Positions 23,323-32,953 of a stretch of DNA of 64,000 nucleotides are shown here, piece by piece. The translations under genes were made by a program, and so were the position numbers. A model generated the notes under the pieces. It was not told where the DNA came from. It saw only the letters and a list, made by a program, of their open reading frames with translations, and made no database searches. Source of the DNA: a virus (lineage: Duplodnaviria > Caudoviricetes). Each line of letters begins with the position of its first letter. Positions within the stretch are counted from its first letter, which is position 1. The stretch spans positions 11,518 to 75,517 of IMG/VR virus record IMGVR_UViG_3300037424_000993, one strand, 5' to 3'.

Positions 23323-25127
23323 GCGCTCGCCGCTCTCGATTCTGGTGGGGTAACCGCAACTCTCGACTCGCTTGGCACAGCCGCAAGGCGCGACTCTGGC
23401 GCTGCTATTGACACGCGCGGGTGTCCCGCTTCGATCTGATAGCTGCCGGGATTGAGCGTGCCGCTGAGCGTTGCGGAGCAAGCGGCCGTGCCGGACATGT
23501 TGCCGTGGGCCGTCAGTGTGCCGGTAAGAGTGCACGAGGCATCCACCGTGCCGACCATGCGGCCCTGTGCTGCGCCGTCGTCAAGCGTGCCGCTCAGGGT
23601 AGCGGAACAGCTAATAGCGCCGGACAGGTTCGCATAGGCCGTCAACTCGCCAGCCACGGAGCAAGCGACCGCGGTGGAGCCTGAGAGATTACCGAGGGCC
23701 GTGAGAGAGGCGCTCACTGCTTGCTGGGCCGCTATCGCTCCGCTGAGGCGACCGAGCGCAGCCAGTGTGCCTGTGAGCGTCGCTCCCGCTACAACGGCGC
23801 CGGTCATGGCCCCAGGGGCAGCGTTGGCATCGTCGAGGCTGCCGGCGAGGGTAGCCCCAGCATCGACCGCTCCGCTCAGGTTTCCGAGCGCGGTAAGGCT
23901 GCCCGTTAGCGTCGCTGAGCATTGGGCGGCGCCTTCGAGGCGACCGACAGCGCTGAGCGTGCCCGATGCGGTGCACTCCGCGGCCGTGGTGCCCGTGAGA
24001 TTGCCGTAGGCCGTTAGAGCGCCAGCTAGCTCCGCCTGGGCCTGCGCAGCGCCAGCTAGAGAGCCCAGCGCCGTCAGATCGCCCTGAACTGTGGCCTGCG
24101 CAGGCGCAGTGCCCGTGAGCGACCCAAGCGCGGTAAGTGACCCCTGGACCGAGGCAGACGCGGCGACGGCGCCTGACATGTTGCCGTGCGCCGTGAGGGT
24201 AGCCGCTAGAGTCGCTTGACAGCTCGCGGCACCCGACAGGTTGCCGAATGCTGTTAATTCGCCAGCGATGCTCGCTGAGCATGCCGCAATGCCGCTCAGC
24301 CCGCCTAGCGCCGTGAGCGTGCCCGTCGCCGCGCATTGCGCCGACACCTGACCCGAGATGTTGCCCAGACCCGAGAGTGTGCCGGAGAGCGTTGCGGCCG
24401 CGGCAACGGTGCCCGCCATGTCGCCGCCGCTTGCGGCCTCCTCAAAATCCGGATCATCCGCAGCGTCGAGAGTGATGCTGCCACTCCCAAACACCGTCAA
24501 GTCGGCCGCTGACGAGGAGCCGTCGACGCCGATATCCGTGTTGCTCAGGCAGTCATTGTAGAAGCCGGCGAGATCAAACCCTTGCTCACGATAGTCGCAC
24601 GCCGCCTGAATGTTCGCGCGCGCCTCCGCAAGGTCTGCAGCACCTCCCGGGCGCGCAGAAAACCCTAGCTCGATAACGCCATAACGGTGTCCGCCGCGGG
24701 CCGCGAACGGTAACCCAGCGACGTAACCCACGAGACCAACTATCGCTGGAGTGAATGAAATCGCAGCAAGAGACGACGGGGTATTCCACGAGCCGCCAAC
24801 CTCGCGCCAACCCACGTGCACGCCGGAACTGTCGGAGATGATGTAAACGTCATGCCACGTCGCAGGGCTGCCCCCAAACAGCACGACCTCTGTATCAACT
24901 CCAGAGGTGTTATTGCGCAACGTGAGCCCCGCCGAGCCATAAAGGAACAGCGCCTCCGAGTCCGTTTCGTCTGTCACATCGGCGATAGCGAACGGCCGTA
25001 AATAGAAGCGGTAGTCGTCAGAGCGCCACCGCATGCGGAAGAACCAGTTTTGGATCGACGGCAAACTTGCCGTGCGGCTCATGCCAACTTGCGCACCAAA
25101 ACCGCAATTGAAGTCGACGCAAGTCAC
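23319..25127 (-). CDS. fibre/spike protein: lectin-like N-domain plus 20-aa repeat shaft
   Basis: Many 20-aa units of type A.A.L.G.LTA.GNLSG; triple ESR motifs at the C-terminus. Confidence 0.65.
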   Translation of the reverse strand: MTCVDFNCGFGAQVGMSRTASLPSIQNWFFRMRWRSDDYRFYLRPFAIADVTDETDSEALFLYGSAGLTLRNNTSGVDTEVVLFGGSPATWHDVYIISDSSGVHVGWREVGGSWNTPSSLAAISFTPAIVGLVGYVAGLPFAARGGHRYGVIELGFSARPGGAADLAEARANIQAACDYREQGFDLAGFYNDCLSNTDIGVDGSSSAADLTVFGSGSITLDAADDPDFEEAASGGDMAGTVAAAATLSGTLSGLGNISGQVSAQCAATGTLTALGGLSGIAACSASIAGELTAFGNLSGAASCQATLAATLTAHGNMSGAVAASASVQGSLTALGSLTGTAPAQATVQGDLTALGSLAGAAQAQAELAGALTAYGNLTGTTAAECTASGTLSAVGRLEGAAQCSATLTGSLTALGNLSGAVDAGATLAGSLDDANAAPGAMTGAVVAGATLTGTLAALGRLSGAIAAQQAVSASLTALGNLSGSTAVACSVAGELTAYANLSGAISCSATLSGTLDDGAAQGRMVGTVDASCTLTGTLTAHGNMSGTAACSATLSGTLNPGSYQIEAGHPRVSIAAPESRLAAVPSESRVAVTPPESRAASA

Positions 25128-25609
25128 CGAACTGGAGCCTCAGCACCTGCCTGAGCAGCGCTCCGCAGTAGTACCGGCGGCAACAGCGCATCACCGGCCG
25201 GGTTGAGTCTGTGTCGCCATGTCTCTTCGTCGTCGGTGCTCGTTATTACGGTCGCGTCCCACGCTTCGCCGGCAGGAGCTATCGCAATCTTCATCAGCTG
25301 GTGCGAAGCGGTATCTGCCCATGCCAGTATCAGCGCTCGTGCGGCGGCGAATCTATCAACCACGTCGCTGGGTCGGAGTGGTCCAGCCGCGATGGCGTAT
25401 TCCTGCGCCGTGCCGGGGAATCCAACGAACACCTTCGTTTCGCGCTGGCGTACCTCGGTGCCTCCGGAGGGCGCCTCGACGACGCGCACGGTACGGAATT
25501 CGGCCACGTCCTGCAGTACTACCTCGGCTCGTATGCGGGAGTGTTCTGCCGCAAACACGCCGTTGTCTGGATCGTGAACGGCTGAAATGAGCTCTGCAAA
25601 AGTTGCCAT
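25124..25609 (-). CDS. hypothetical virion protein
   Basis: 161-aa ORF in the coupled late operon. Confidence 0.6.
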   Translation of the reverse strand: MATFAELISAVHDPDNGVFAAEHSRIRAEVVLQDVAEFRTVRVVEAPSGGTEVRQRETKVFVGFPGTAQEYAIAAGPLRPSDVVDRFAAARALILAWADTASHQLMKIAIAPAGEAWDATVITSTDDEETWRHRLNPAGDALLPPVLLRSAAQAGAEAPVR

Positions 25610-25611
25610 GT

Positions 25612-26256
25612 TTACTCCACCGGCAGCATCGGTACGCGCGGCCTAGCGCATTGAATCACCTTCTCAGTCACCCACGGGTTGCGGCACCCGGAGATGTAGC
25701 GCGCCAGCGCATCGGAGAGCATGTAGAGCGATGGCGTCGCAATCATGAGAGGTTCAGATTCAGCGCCCCAAAACCTCGCCCAGTCAGAAGCCCCCTCGCG
25801 CACTCCGGAGCGCCAGCGGCACGGGCACTTGTCCCAATCGCGATCGATGCCCTTGTTTTTGCAGCCGGCAACCGGAGCCGAGACTTTGAGCAGCTGCTGC
25901 TTGCCGTCACACGCCATCTCCCACGGTCCGATAATGACGACCATGCGGCGAGGGTCCGGGTACTCAATGCGCCCGCACTCGCCCACGCCGTCGGGAAACA
26001 GGTCGCGAAGGCATTGCTGCGTCGACTCGACAACAAAGTCCAGCTTGGCCTCGTCCAGACTCTGCCGCGCATGGTAGCGCACTCCGCCCGGCGTAGTCCT
26101 GAGGGTCCTGAGGGTCCCGTAGCTCTCAGGGAAGTCGCCGCTGTACGCCAGAGCGGTGCGCTCTGCTCGTGTGCGGGCGCAGCTGAGCGCCAGCAATGCA
26201 ATGGCGAGCCCGATCCACCTGAGACGGCGGCGCACCCAGTATCGGAGGCGCCTCAT
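25612..26256 (-). CDS. putative lipoprotein, Cys-rich
   Basis: Basic N-terminus plus LAIALLALSC lipobox. Confidence 0.6.
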   Translation of the reverse strand: MRRLRYWVRRRLRWIGLAIALLALSCARTRAERTALAYSGDFPESYGTLRTLRTTPGGVRYHARQSLDEAKLDFVVESTQQCLRDLFPDGVGECGRIEYPDPRRMVVIIGPWEMACDGKQQLLKVSAPVAGCKNKGIDRDWDKCPCRWRSGVREGASDWARFWGAESEPLMIATPSLYMLSDALARYISGCRNPWVTEKVIQCARPRVPMLPVE

Positions 26257-26651
26257 GACCGCCCCGCAACGCCGTCAGTAGTCTCGCGCCCCAACCCTAG
26301 CGGCGCGGGCCCACCCATCTCGACTGCCTGACCGATCAGCACAGCGAGCGCAGCACGCTCTTGACCCGTTAGCCGCTGCTCGCCCTGGGGTCGTCCCGCG
26401 TCTATAGGGATTTCCGATTCGAAATCGGTAACGTCAATTTCGAAGCTGGTGCCACCAATCGACACCACGTCAACGTGAAACGCTGTCCAGCCGGGCTTGG
26501 TTTCGCCAAATGCCGGGGGTGTGCTGAGGTCAACGTTGTGCACTCCTTGGCCGTAATTGGTCCCTGCCGCCGGGTAGCCCAATATGCGGGCTCCAAGGTC
26601 GCGCGCTGTTATGCAGTCGTCAGCAGTACTGGATGTGAGTATCTTTGCCAT
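26253..26651 (-). CDS. hypothetical protein
   Basis: 132-aa coupled ORF. Confidence 0.6.
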   Translation of the reverse strand: MAKILTSSTADDCITARDLGARILGYPAAGTNYGQGVHNVDLSTPPAFGETKPGWTAFHVDVVSIGGTSFEIDVTDFESEIPIDAGRPQGEQRLTGQERAALAVLIGQAVEMGGPAPLGLGRETTDGVAGRS

Positions 26652-29431
26652 TACGCAGTTAGCCCGAAGGTTGCCTCAAGGTCGGCGATGACAGCGGCAT
26701 GGTCGGGCGCTCCAAGCCGAGTGTTGTAGATGATCATTTCCGCTAACTGCCCAGTAAAGGCCAGGTCGGTCCCCGCGTCAGCATTGTCCCCTATCGTCAG
26801 GGTGTTCGCCGGATCGCTCGTCCCATACGCTACCCCGTCCGCCGCTTCGTCTTCGCCATTACAGCGCGCAACGACGTGATTCGGCGAACCGCCATCGGAA
26901 AACAACATGCTACTAATCACGGATGTAGCATCAGGAACAGAGCCGGCAGATGTTTCGATGTCTACCTCTGCGGCGCCGCCCTCATCCCTAATGAGCCAAC
27001 GGCAATTGCCGCCGCTCTCACTAATGATCGACAACCCTCGCGCGCCAGCGGTGCCCGTTGAGAGTATGCGGGAGAAACTTGCCGAGTCCCCATCGGAACG
27101 AAACACGAGGAAGACTGTGCACCCGGAACCATCATGAAGAAACGTCCACTCGCTAGCCGCGTCGTCGCTGACTAGTTTCTGACGCGCTGAACCGGTAAAG
27201 TCGACGGAATCTAGGCCGTTAAAGTTTGCATCATCCTCTATGAGGAGTGGTTGGTTAGGCGCGCTGGCCTGAGAAAATGTCCTATTGGTTGAATCCTGTG
27301 AGGTCCATGTAGTAACGGCGCTGCCGTCGAGCGTGTAGCCAAACCCTGCCCGAAGCCACGTGTGAAGTCCGGTGGTTGGAATGTTGCGGGCAGCACCACT
27401 CGCAGCCGGACCCACTCCCCCCAGCGTAAACCCCATTTTGAGCGACATCATACCGAGCATTCTCCTGCGTTGTGCGCGCTCGACGAGCTGGCGCTGATAA
27501 GTGGTTGGGGCGGAGTCGTAGACAGCTAGCTCGATGCCTGCAAAATCACCCTCTGTAGAACCTGGGATCGACCAGAAAAAGTTGTCGGTCGTGAGAGACC
27601 GGTTTGAGGTGGTGTCGAGGTCCGCCACACCGTCAATCCAGGTCAAAATGTCAACGCCGTCAGTCGTGACGTAGCTGTGGGTGTGGGGGCGCACGTCGGC
27701 GGAAGCCCCCGCAAAGTTATCGGTCGCGCCGCCATTGTCGCGCCTCAGAAAGCGCCATCTGCTAGCGGCTTGGTCAACGCCCTCGAACGAGCCGCCGCCC
27801 GCTCCCCACAGTTGCCACAGCCACGACGCATTTCCGCTAGTGTTGAGCTCCGACATGAGCGAGGTGGCAATCACACAGCGCGCAACCTGTCCCGTCAGAG
27901 CAGCGCCCACCGCGGGGCACTCGAAGTATTGACCCGTGCTCTCGTGCAGAACACACGGCGTCCCGCGGAATGCCGTGCTCTCAGCGACGTATCCCGGATC
28001 TGTTGAAACAACGTCGATGTCTTGTTGCTCAGGGCTGAGGTCCTGCAGAGCGGTCACGGCGCCGCCGCTCTCGGTGACGCCGTCGTCGTAGCGGGTCCAA
28101 AGGATGTTGCCGGGGATGGAGCCGCTGGTAGCGTTCTGAGCTTCGAACTCTTCGATGGCTCGCTCGTCCTCGTCGTCCGTGAGTCGCGCCTCATAAATCG
28201 CGATGTCCGCGATGTAGCCGTCGAAGCCCGTGCCAATCGTCAGGGTCTGCTCTGGGTCTCCGGAGGCGCTTGAGTAGTCGACGTTGGCAACGGACAGCGT
28301 TTCGCCGCCCACTGTGCCGACGAAGTCCGCGGTCCCATTGTCCTGGAATCGCAGGCTCGTGCAGTACAGCGTTGAGTTGGGAAGCGTCCCGTTTGCCGTC
28401 ACCTCCAGCACGATCGAGGCTGCCACGGTATCCTCGAGCACGACCACGCCATGAGCGTTCGTCGCGTCGTACAAGAACACGAAGCCCGTGTCCCCGCCGT
28501 CTGTGCGCGTACCTAGGATGGTTTCGTTCCCGCTGCCGCCCGTTGTGGGAAGCCACGCAAACTCGATGGTCGCCCCGGAGCCATCATGGAGAAACTCCCA
28601 TGTGCTAGCAGCGTCGTCGCTCACTAGCTCCTGGCTGCCAGAGAATCGGAGAACGCGGCGCCCGTTGCAGGCGCGCACTCCCATCGGGCGCGCGTAGGGC
28701 TGATTCGCTGGAGTTTCCTGAGAGAACGTGCGTCCTGTGCGGCGGCAGGTCCACTTGGCGACCTTGCCGTTGAGCACTTGAGCCTCGGCGAGGTATACGA
28801 CATTTCCAACGCCGTTCAGGACAGTGCCGCCGTTGCTGTCAACCAGCTGGATTCGAATCGTGCGAGACGCCGCCGCTGGCAACTCGAACTCGCAGATCGA
28901 ATACCCATTGTGCTGACCCTCGGCGCCGCCGCCTGAGCCAATGCTCCCTGCCACGAGGTCCGGAGGCGGGTACGTGACGCGCGCCTCGATCACGTCCGAC
29001 CCAACATCACCCAGGACCGCGGCCGTATCGGTAGACTGCGCCTCGATCCAGACGTCCGTGTCAGCGTCGTTCGGATCGAATATTCGTACCCACTGCGTAC
29101 TGGCCGCCTTAACGATCACGCGAAATGTGCACGGTAGCGCACTGTCCACATTCGCTACGGCGCTCTCGATGTAGACGTCGGAGCTGTTCGTGACTGAAGC
29201 GCTCTCGTTGAGCTGCAATGGGTCGTTGCCATCGTACTTGTGCACGCTCACTGGCTCGGCGAGCGCATCAGTGCCCTCGGTCCAATCGGTGCCAGCGCCG
29301 GCAATCAACGCCTCCACCGTCGGATCGTTGAACGTGTAGTACTGCTCGTGAACAAAGATGTCCGTATGCAACGCACGGTAGGGGAGCAGCCGATTCACCG
29401 CGGGCTGGTAGAGCCCGATCAGCGCGCTCAT
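26651..29431 (-). CDS. multi-LamG/concanavalin-A domain virion protein (receptor-binding candidate)
   Basis: Internal duplication Q.LVSDDAAS.W.FLHDGSG; FDGYIADIAIY and FTGQLAEMIIYN LamG signatures; ATG at 29431 overlaps the GNAT stop. Confidence 0.7.
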   Translation of the reverse strand: MSALIGLYQPAVNRLLPYRALHTDIFVHEQYYTFNDPTVEALIAGAGTDWTEGTDALAEPVSVHKYDGNDPLQLNESASVTNSSDVYIESAVANVDSALPCTFRVIVKAASTQWVRIFDPNDADTDVWIEAQSTDTAAVLGDVGSDVIEARVTYPPPDLVAGSIGSGGGAEGQHNGYSICEFELPAAASRTIRIQLVDSNGGTVLNGVGNVVYLAEAQVLNGKVAKWTCRRTGRTFSQETPANQPYARPMGVRACNGRRVLRFSGSQELVSDDAASTWEFLHDGSGATIEFAWLPTTGGSGNETILGTRTDGGDTGFVFLYDATNAHGVVVLEDTVAASIVLEVTANGTLPNSTLYCTSLRFQDNGTADFVGTVGGETLSVANVDYSSASGDPEQTLTIGTGFDGYIADIAIYEARLTDDEDERAIEEFEAQNATSGSIPGNILWTRYDDGVTESGGAVTALQDLSPEQQDIDVVSTDPGYVAESTAFRGTPCVLHESTGQYFECPAVGAALTGQVARCVIATSLMSELNTSGNASWLWQLWGAGGGSFEGVDQAASRWRFLRRDNGGATDNFAGASADVRPHTHSYVTTDGVDILTWIDGVADLDTTSNRSLTTDNFFWSIPGSTEGDFAGIELAVYDSAPTTYQRQLVERAQRRRMLGMMSLKMGFTLGGVGPAASGAARNIPTTGLHTWLRAGFGYTLDGSAVTTWTSQDSTNRTFSQASAPNQPLLIEDDANFNGLDSVDFTGSARQKLVSDDAASEWTFLHDGSGCTVFLVFRSDGDSASFSRILSTGTAGARGLSIISESGGNCRWLIRDEGGAAEVDIETSAGSVPDATSVISSMLFSDGGSPNHVVARCNGEDEAADGVAYGTSDPANTLTIGDNADAGTDLAFTGQLAEMIIYNTRLGAPDHAAVIADLEATFGLTA

Positions 29432-29826
29432 GCTCGAACCCCGTAGACCCACCCATCGCGCTCATACTCACGAGCGAACCCGCGCTCAGCGTAGCGATGC
29501 CATCGCTCGGGTTTCACCGAGGTCTTGATTGGCTTACCTATCAGACTGGCGAACGCATCCCGCGTAGCTCCGAGCTCTGCGAACACACCCGCACCGCGAT
29601 ACGCCGGCCTCACATAGGCGCAATCGTACCAGACGGCCGCGCCTCGGTCGCTCAGTGAGCAGAACCCCAGCACCTCTCGCCCTCCACCATTGATCGCGAC
29701 GAACCACACCGAGCCCGGCTGACTGAAGAGTGGCCCGCCCACGTCCCGAACCACCTGACGCGAGCAAAAGAACTCGCCGATGCTGCGCCAGGGCTGTTGA
29801 GCGTGCGCGATGGTATCGATGATCAT
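29428..29826 (-). CDS. GNAT-family N-acetyltransferase
   Basis: LGFCSL...WYDCAYVRPAYRGAGVF (acetyl-CoA motif A)...YAERGF. Confidence 0.8.
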   Translation of the reverse strand: MIIDTIAHAQQPWRSIGEFFCSRQVVRDVGGPLFSQPGSVWFVAINGGGREVLGFCSLSDRGAAVWYDCAYVRPAYRGAGVFAELGATRDAFASLIGKPIKTSVKPERWHRYAERGFAREYERDGWVYGVRA

Positions 29827-31529
29827 GCGTCTACCGTGACGACGGTTCGCCGCTCAACCTTGACCGACCACCGAACTTTGCGATCAGAGGCTTTGCCGCC
29901 AACCGTAGGCTGACAGGTGATGTATTGATTACCAGTGTCCTCAGCAAACTGCATGTCCAGCCCGCTCGTGGTAGCGGCGCCAGAGCTCAACACCTCGCCA
30001 AGCTCCACGTCTTCGCCGGAACGACGGCGGGCGGGAACCAAATATTTCCCATTCTCGTCAATGCTTCCGTCGTTGGTTTCCACGGTAACGTGGAACTCGT
30101 AAGTGAACCCTTCCGACAGCGCGACTGCGTTACCCGCCTTGTCGCGAAGCAGCGAACTCGCCGCTGGTGAATCCGCGGTGTCGACCTCGACGCTGAACGA
30201 GTCGACTGTTTCAGCCTGCGCGTATTGAGTCGTGTGGCGGATTCGGCTAACGGCTGTGCCTTCGCGCTCGACCTCCTCATAGGTTGCCCCAGCGCCGTCC
30301 GCGTCGGTTCTTGTGCGGCGCGTGAGCACGTCGCCGGTGGCCGTCTCGTCCCAGAGCTTTTCGTTCGTGCCAGCGCCGGACTCGAAGTGTTCGAGCGGCG
30401 CATCCGTGAGCCTCAGGTCTTGACTGACTTCAACTTGCGCTGAGGTGACGGATACAACGACTGCACCGCCTGCGAGGATATCGACGTTCGTTAGCGCTCT
30501 GACAGTAGCCGTCGGGACGGTCGAACCTCCCCACTCGGCAGTGTCTGTGCCAGCCGCGCCCCACGAAAAGAAACGGTGATTCGCGTTGTCAGCGTTGTTC
30601 CTGCCGTTCCCGCTGTGGTTGTGAGGCACGCGGTAGTTGCCGGTTGTCGCGACAACACCGAAAAACGCTAGCGATGAAAACCCAGCTATCGACGTCCAAC
30701 CCGACACGTTGCCCGAGTCGTCCTCGGTTGCCGAGGACATCTGCGTAGCGCGGCCACTAGTGCCGTCGAATCGTACTAGGCGGTTGTCGGCAACGGCTCC
30801 GGGGGCGAGGGTGTACTGGGTGTGAGGATCGCCTGTTGTGAGACCGGTAAGCGAGTTGTGTGCGTGGTTGTGGCTGGTATCCGACTTGTTGCCCAGAGCC
30901 GCGTCTACCCCGATAAAGTGCCCACCAATCGTGCTCGAATCCGGCGTGTAGTTGGTGGGGCTAGCGGCGTAGGCGAGGTTGCCGCCGTCGAGTGCGTCTC
31001 CACCGCCGTCTTCGTGAGTGGAGGCGTGGGCGTTCGGATCGCGCGGGTCGCCTGAATCGTCGAGCGTTGCGTCAGTAACGATTGCGTTCAGTTCGGCAAG
31101 CGTGGAGAAGGAGGTGCCGGCAGGCAGATTGCCGATCTCGGTGTACTTCTTGCTGTCGCCGTCTTCGCTGTCCTCGATCAGCACCTTGTCGGCGCTGACT
31201 GGCGCTGCCTTCTCGGCGATTGCGGCGATTTCGCCAGCTACGTTGTCGTGGATGGCGTCGGTGTCCGATCCCGCACCGCCGCCGACCGTGATCCAAGACG
31301 ACCCGTCCCAGATCGACAGCACCCCCGTGTCGGTAGCGAAGTAGGTGTCGAAGACGATCGTACTCGACGCAGGTCTAGCTGCGGCTAGCCCGTAGTTTTT
31401 CCACAGCGTTGACGCGACGATATCGATCAGTGCCTGACCAACGCGCGCGGCCGTGTTCGCGCCAGCGCTGGTCTCATCATGGATAACGTCGGCAGCTGCG
31501 TCCGCTGTTGGTCGTGATACTTCAGCCAT
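29823..31529 (-). CDS. tail fibre protein
   Basis: 568 aa Gly/Asp/Thr-rich mosaic directly after the baseplate gene. Confidence 0.65.
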   Translation of the reverse strand: MAEVSRPTADAAADVIHDETSAGANTAARVGQALIDIVASTLWKNYGLAAARPASSTIVFDTYFATDTGVLSIWDGSSWITVGGGAGSDTDAIHDNVAGEIAAIAEKAAPVSADKVLIEDSEDGDSKKYTEIGNLPAGTSFSTLAELNAIVTDATLDDSGDPRDPNAHASTHEDGGGDALDGGNLAYAASPTNYTPDSSTIGGHFIGVDAALGNKSDTSHNHAHNSLTGLTTGDPHTQYTLAPGAVADNRLVRFDGTSGRATQMSSATEDDSGNVSGWTSIAGFSSLAFFGVVATTGNYRVPHNHSGNGRNNADNANHRFFSWGAAGTDTAEWGGSTVPTATVRALTNVDILAGGAVVVSVTSAQVEVSQDLRLTDAPLEHFESGAGTNEKLWDETATGDVLTRRTRTDADGAGATYEEVEREGTAVSRIRHTTQYAQAETVDSFSVEVDTADSPAASSLLRDKAGNAVALSEGFTYEFHVTVETNDGSIDENGKYLVPARRRSGEDVELGEVLSSGAATTSGLDMQFAEDTGNQYITCQPTVGGKASDRKVRWSVKVERRTVVTVDA

Positions 31530-31532
31530 CTG

Positions 31533-32339
31533 TTACTCGAACTCCACACTGAACGTGTCGTCGAACACGCCAAGGTCTTGCGTGTATGTGATCATCGTAA
31601 CGAGCCATTGTTGCTGCGGGGACAGCTTCAGGATAAGTCGCTCAAACCGTGCACGCTGAGACTCGTTAAGCGTCGCGTCGTCCCCAAACGTTTCGGCGCC
31701 GAAGTAGAGAAAGTACGGCCACGTATCTGGGTCCTCAGGAATCGGTGGCGGCGCCACATCTCTCAGAGTCTTGTTGACGAGGTACCGCGGATCGTTCGCA
31801 AGGAAACGGTTGCACTGTGGCTGGTTGTAAGCGGTCCCGAATTCATCCGCTCCGTATGGGGAACACTGTGGCTGATCGGGTAGCGCGTCTCCCGCCGCAA
31901 ATGGCGGTCCCGACGTGTAGCCAGTACATTGGTAGGTGCCAACGGTTGGAATGTCTGTGTAGTCTCTTGGGTCGCGTGCAGTGACCGGCGATAGCGACGA
32001 CCACCACTCGTGCACGTATATATTTGTGAACCCAGCAGCATCCAGGACGCTCTTGATGTACGCGGGCGACTGCCCGCCCGTGGCTGCCCATTCACCCGCG
32101 AGCGCTAGCTGGCGCGTAGCAATATCGCCGTAGTCCTCAATGCCAAACTGACGCTCCCACTCTGCAAGCTCTCTGGTTGTGGATGGGAATGCATCTTCCC
32201 AGATCTGATCGAGGTACAGGCGGATGGTCGCGGGCTGGAGCGCCAAGCCAGAAATGAACCGCCGCAGTGTCTTGTCGACGGTGACACGCCAAGCTTTCGA
32301 GCGTGGGAGCAGATGTGTAATAGCACGGAAAAACAGCAT
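31533..32339 (-). CDS. baseplate wedge protein (YmfQ/DUF2313, Mu gp48-like)
   Basis: HLLPRSKAW...FPSTTRELAEWERQFGI...GGQSPAYIKSVL. Confidence 0.8.
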   Translation of the reverse strand: MLFFRAITHLLPRSKAWRVTVDKTLRRFISGLALQPATIRLYLDQIWEDAFPSTTRELAEWERQFGIEDYGDIATRQLALAGEWAATGGQSPAYIKSVLDAAGFTNIYVHEWWSSLSPVTARDPRDYTDIPTVGTYQCTGYTSGPPFAAGDALPDQPQCSPYGADEFGTAYNQPQCNRFLANDPRYLVNKTLRDVAPPPIPEDPDTWPYFLYFGAETFGDDATLNESQRARFERLILKLSPQQQWLVTMITYTQDLGVFDDTFSVEFE

Positions 32340-32404
32340 GTTTTTGGTTTGAACAGGGGTTCAGCTTGACTTGCTTGTAAAGCGCAGCCGATCTTGGAGA
32401 GATT

Positions 32405-32953
32405 ATGGGAATTGAAAGATCAAGACTCCCGCGGTGGCTCAAGCTGCTTGGGATGGGTCTTGTTGGATTGTTCGCGTTAATGAGCACGCTCATCGTGATT
32501 GCTGCAATTGTCGCCAGCGTAACACCCGCCGAGCCTCCGCCTCAGACACTGGCAAGTGCCCGCCCCGCGATAGTGTCGGCGAGTCCCGTCCGGCTCAGTC
32601 CCGCACATAAGCAGGAGATGAACCCCTCATCCACTGCGACAAAGCCAGACGGAAACGGCAACGAAGCTCCGCCGCGCTGTGTGATTCAGATCCCCAGGTC
32701 GCCCAAAATGGCAGTCCCGGCATTGCCTACCGAAGCGGGGCTAGATGAGTATTCAATCGCTGCATCTGAAGACGCTTCAGACCGTGACATGACACTGCTG
32801 CTCGTAGCCAACCGTGGCAAAGTTATCGACCCTGGAACACGATGCTCGTACATTGACGTGGGGCTAACTCGCTCCCATGTCAAAATGGTGGATGGAACTT
32901 TTGAGGGACAGAAGTTTTGGTTCCCAACCGAATGGACCCGGGGTGGCAAATGA
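32405..32953 (+). CDS. moron gene 1: single-TM protein with extracytoplasmic domain
   Basis: Opposite strand to the late operon; GGAGA RBS; TM LLGMGLVGLFALMSTLIVIAAIV. Confidence 0.7.
   Translation: MGIERSRLPRWLKLLGMGLVGLFALMSTLIVIAAIVASVTPAEPPPQTLASARPAIVSASPVRLSPAHKQEMNPSSTATKPDGNGNEAPPRCVIQIPRSPKMAVPALPTEAGLDEYSIAASEDASDRDMTLLLVANRGKVIDPGTRCSYIDVGLTRSHVKMVDGTFEGQKFWFPTEWTRGGK

Noticed and set aside
29428-29826. GNAT-RHH toxin-antitoxin pair
   Set aside because: The only RHH gene is 14 kb away on the other strand, and the GNAT is coupled to structural genes
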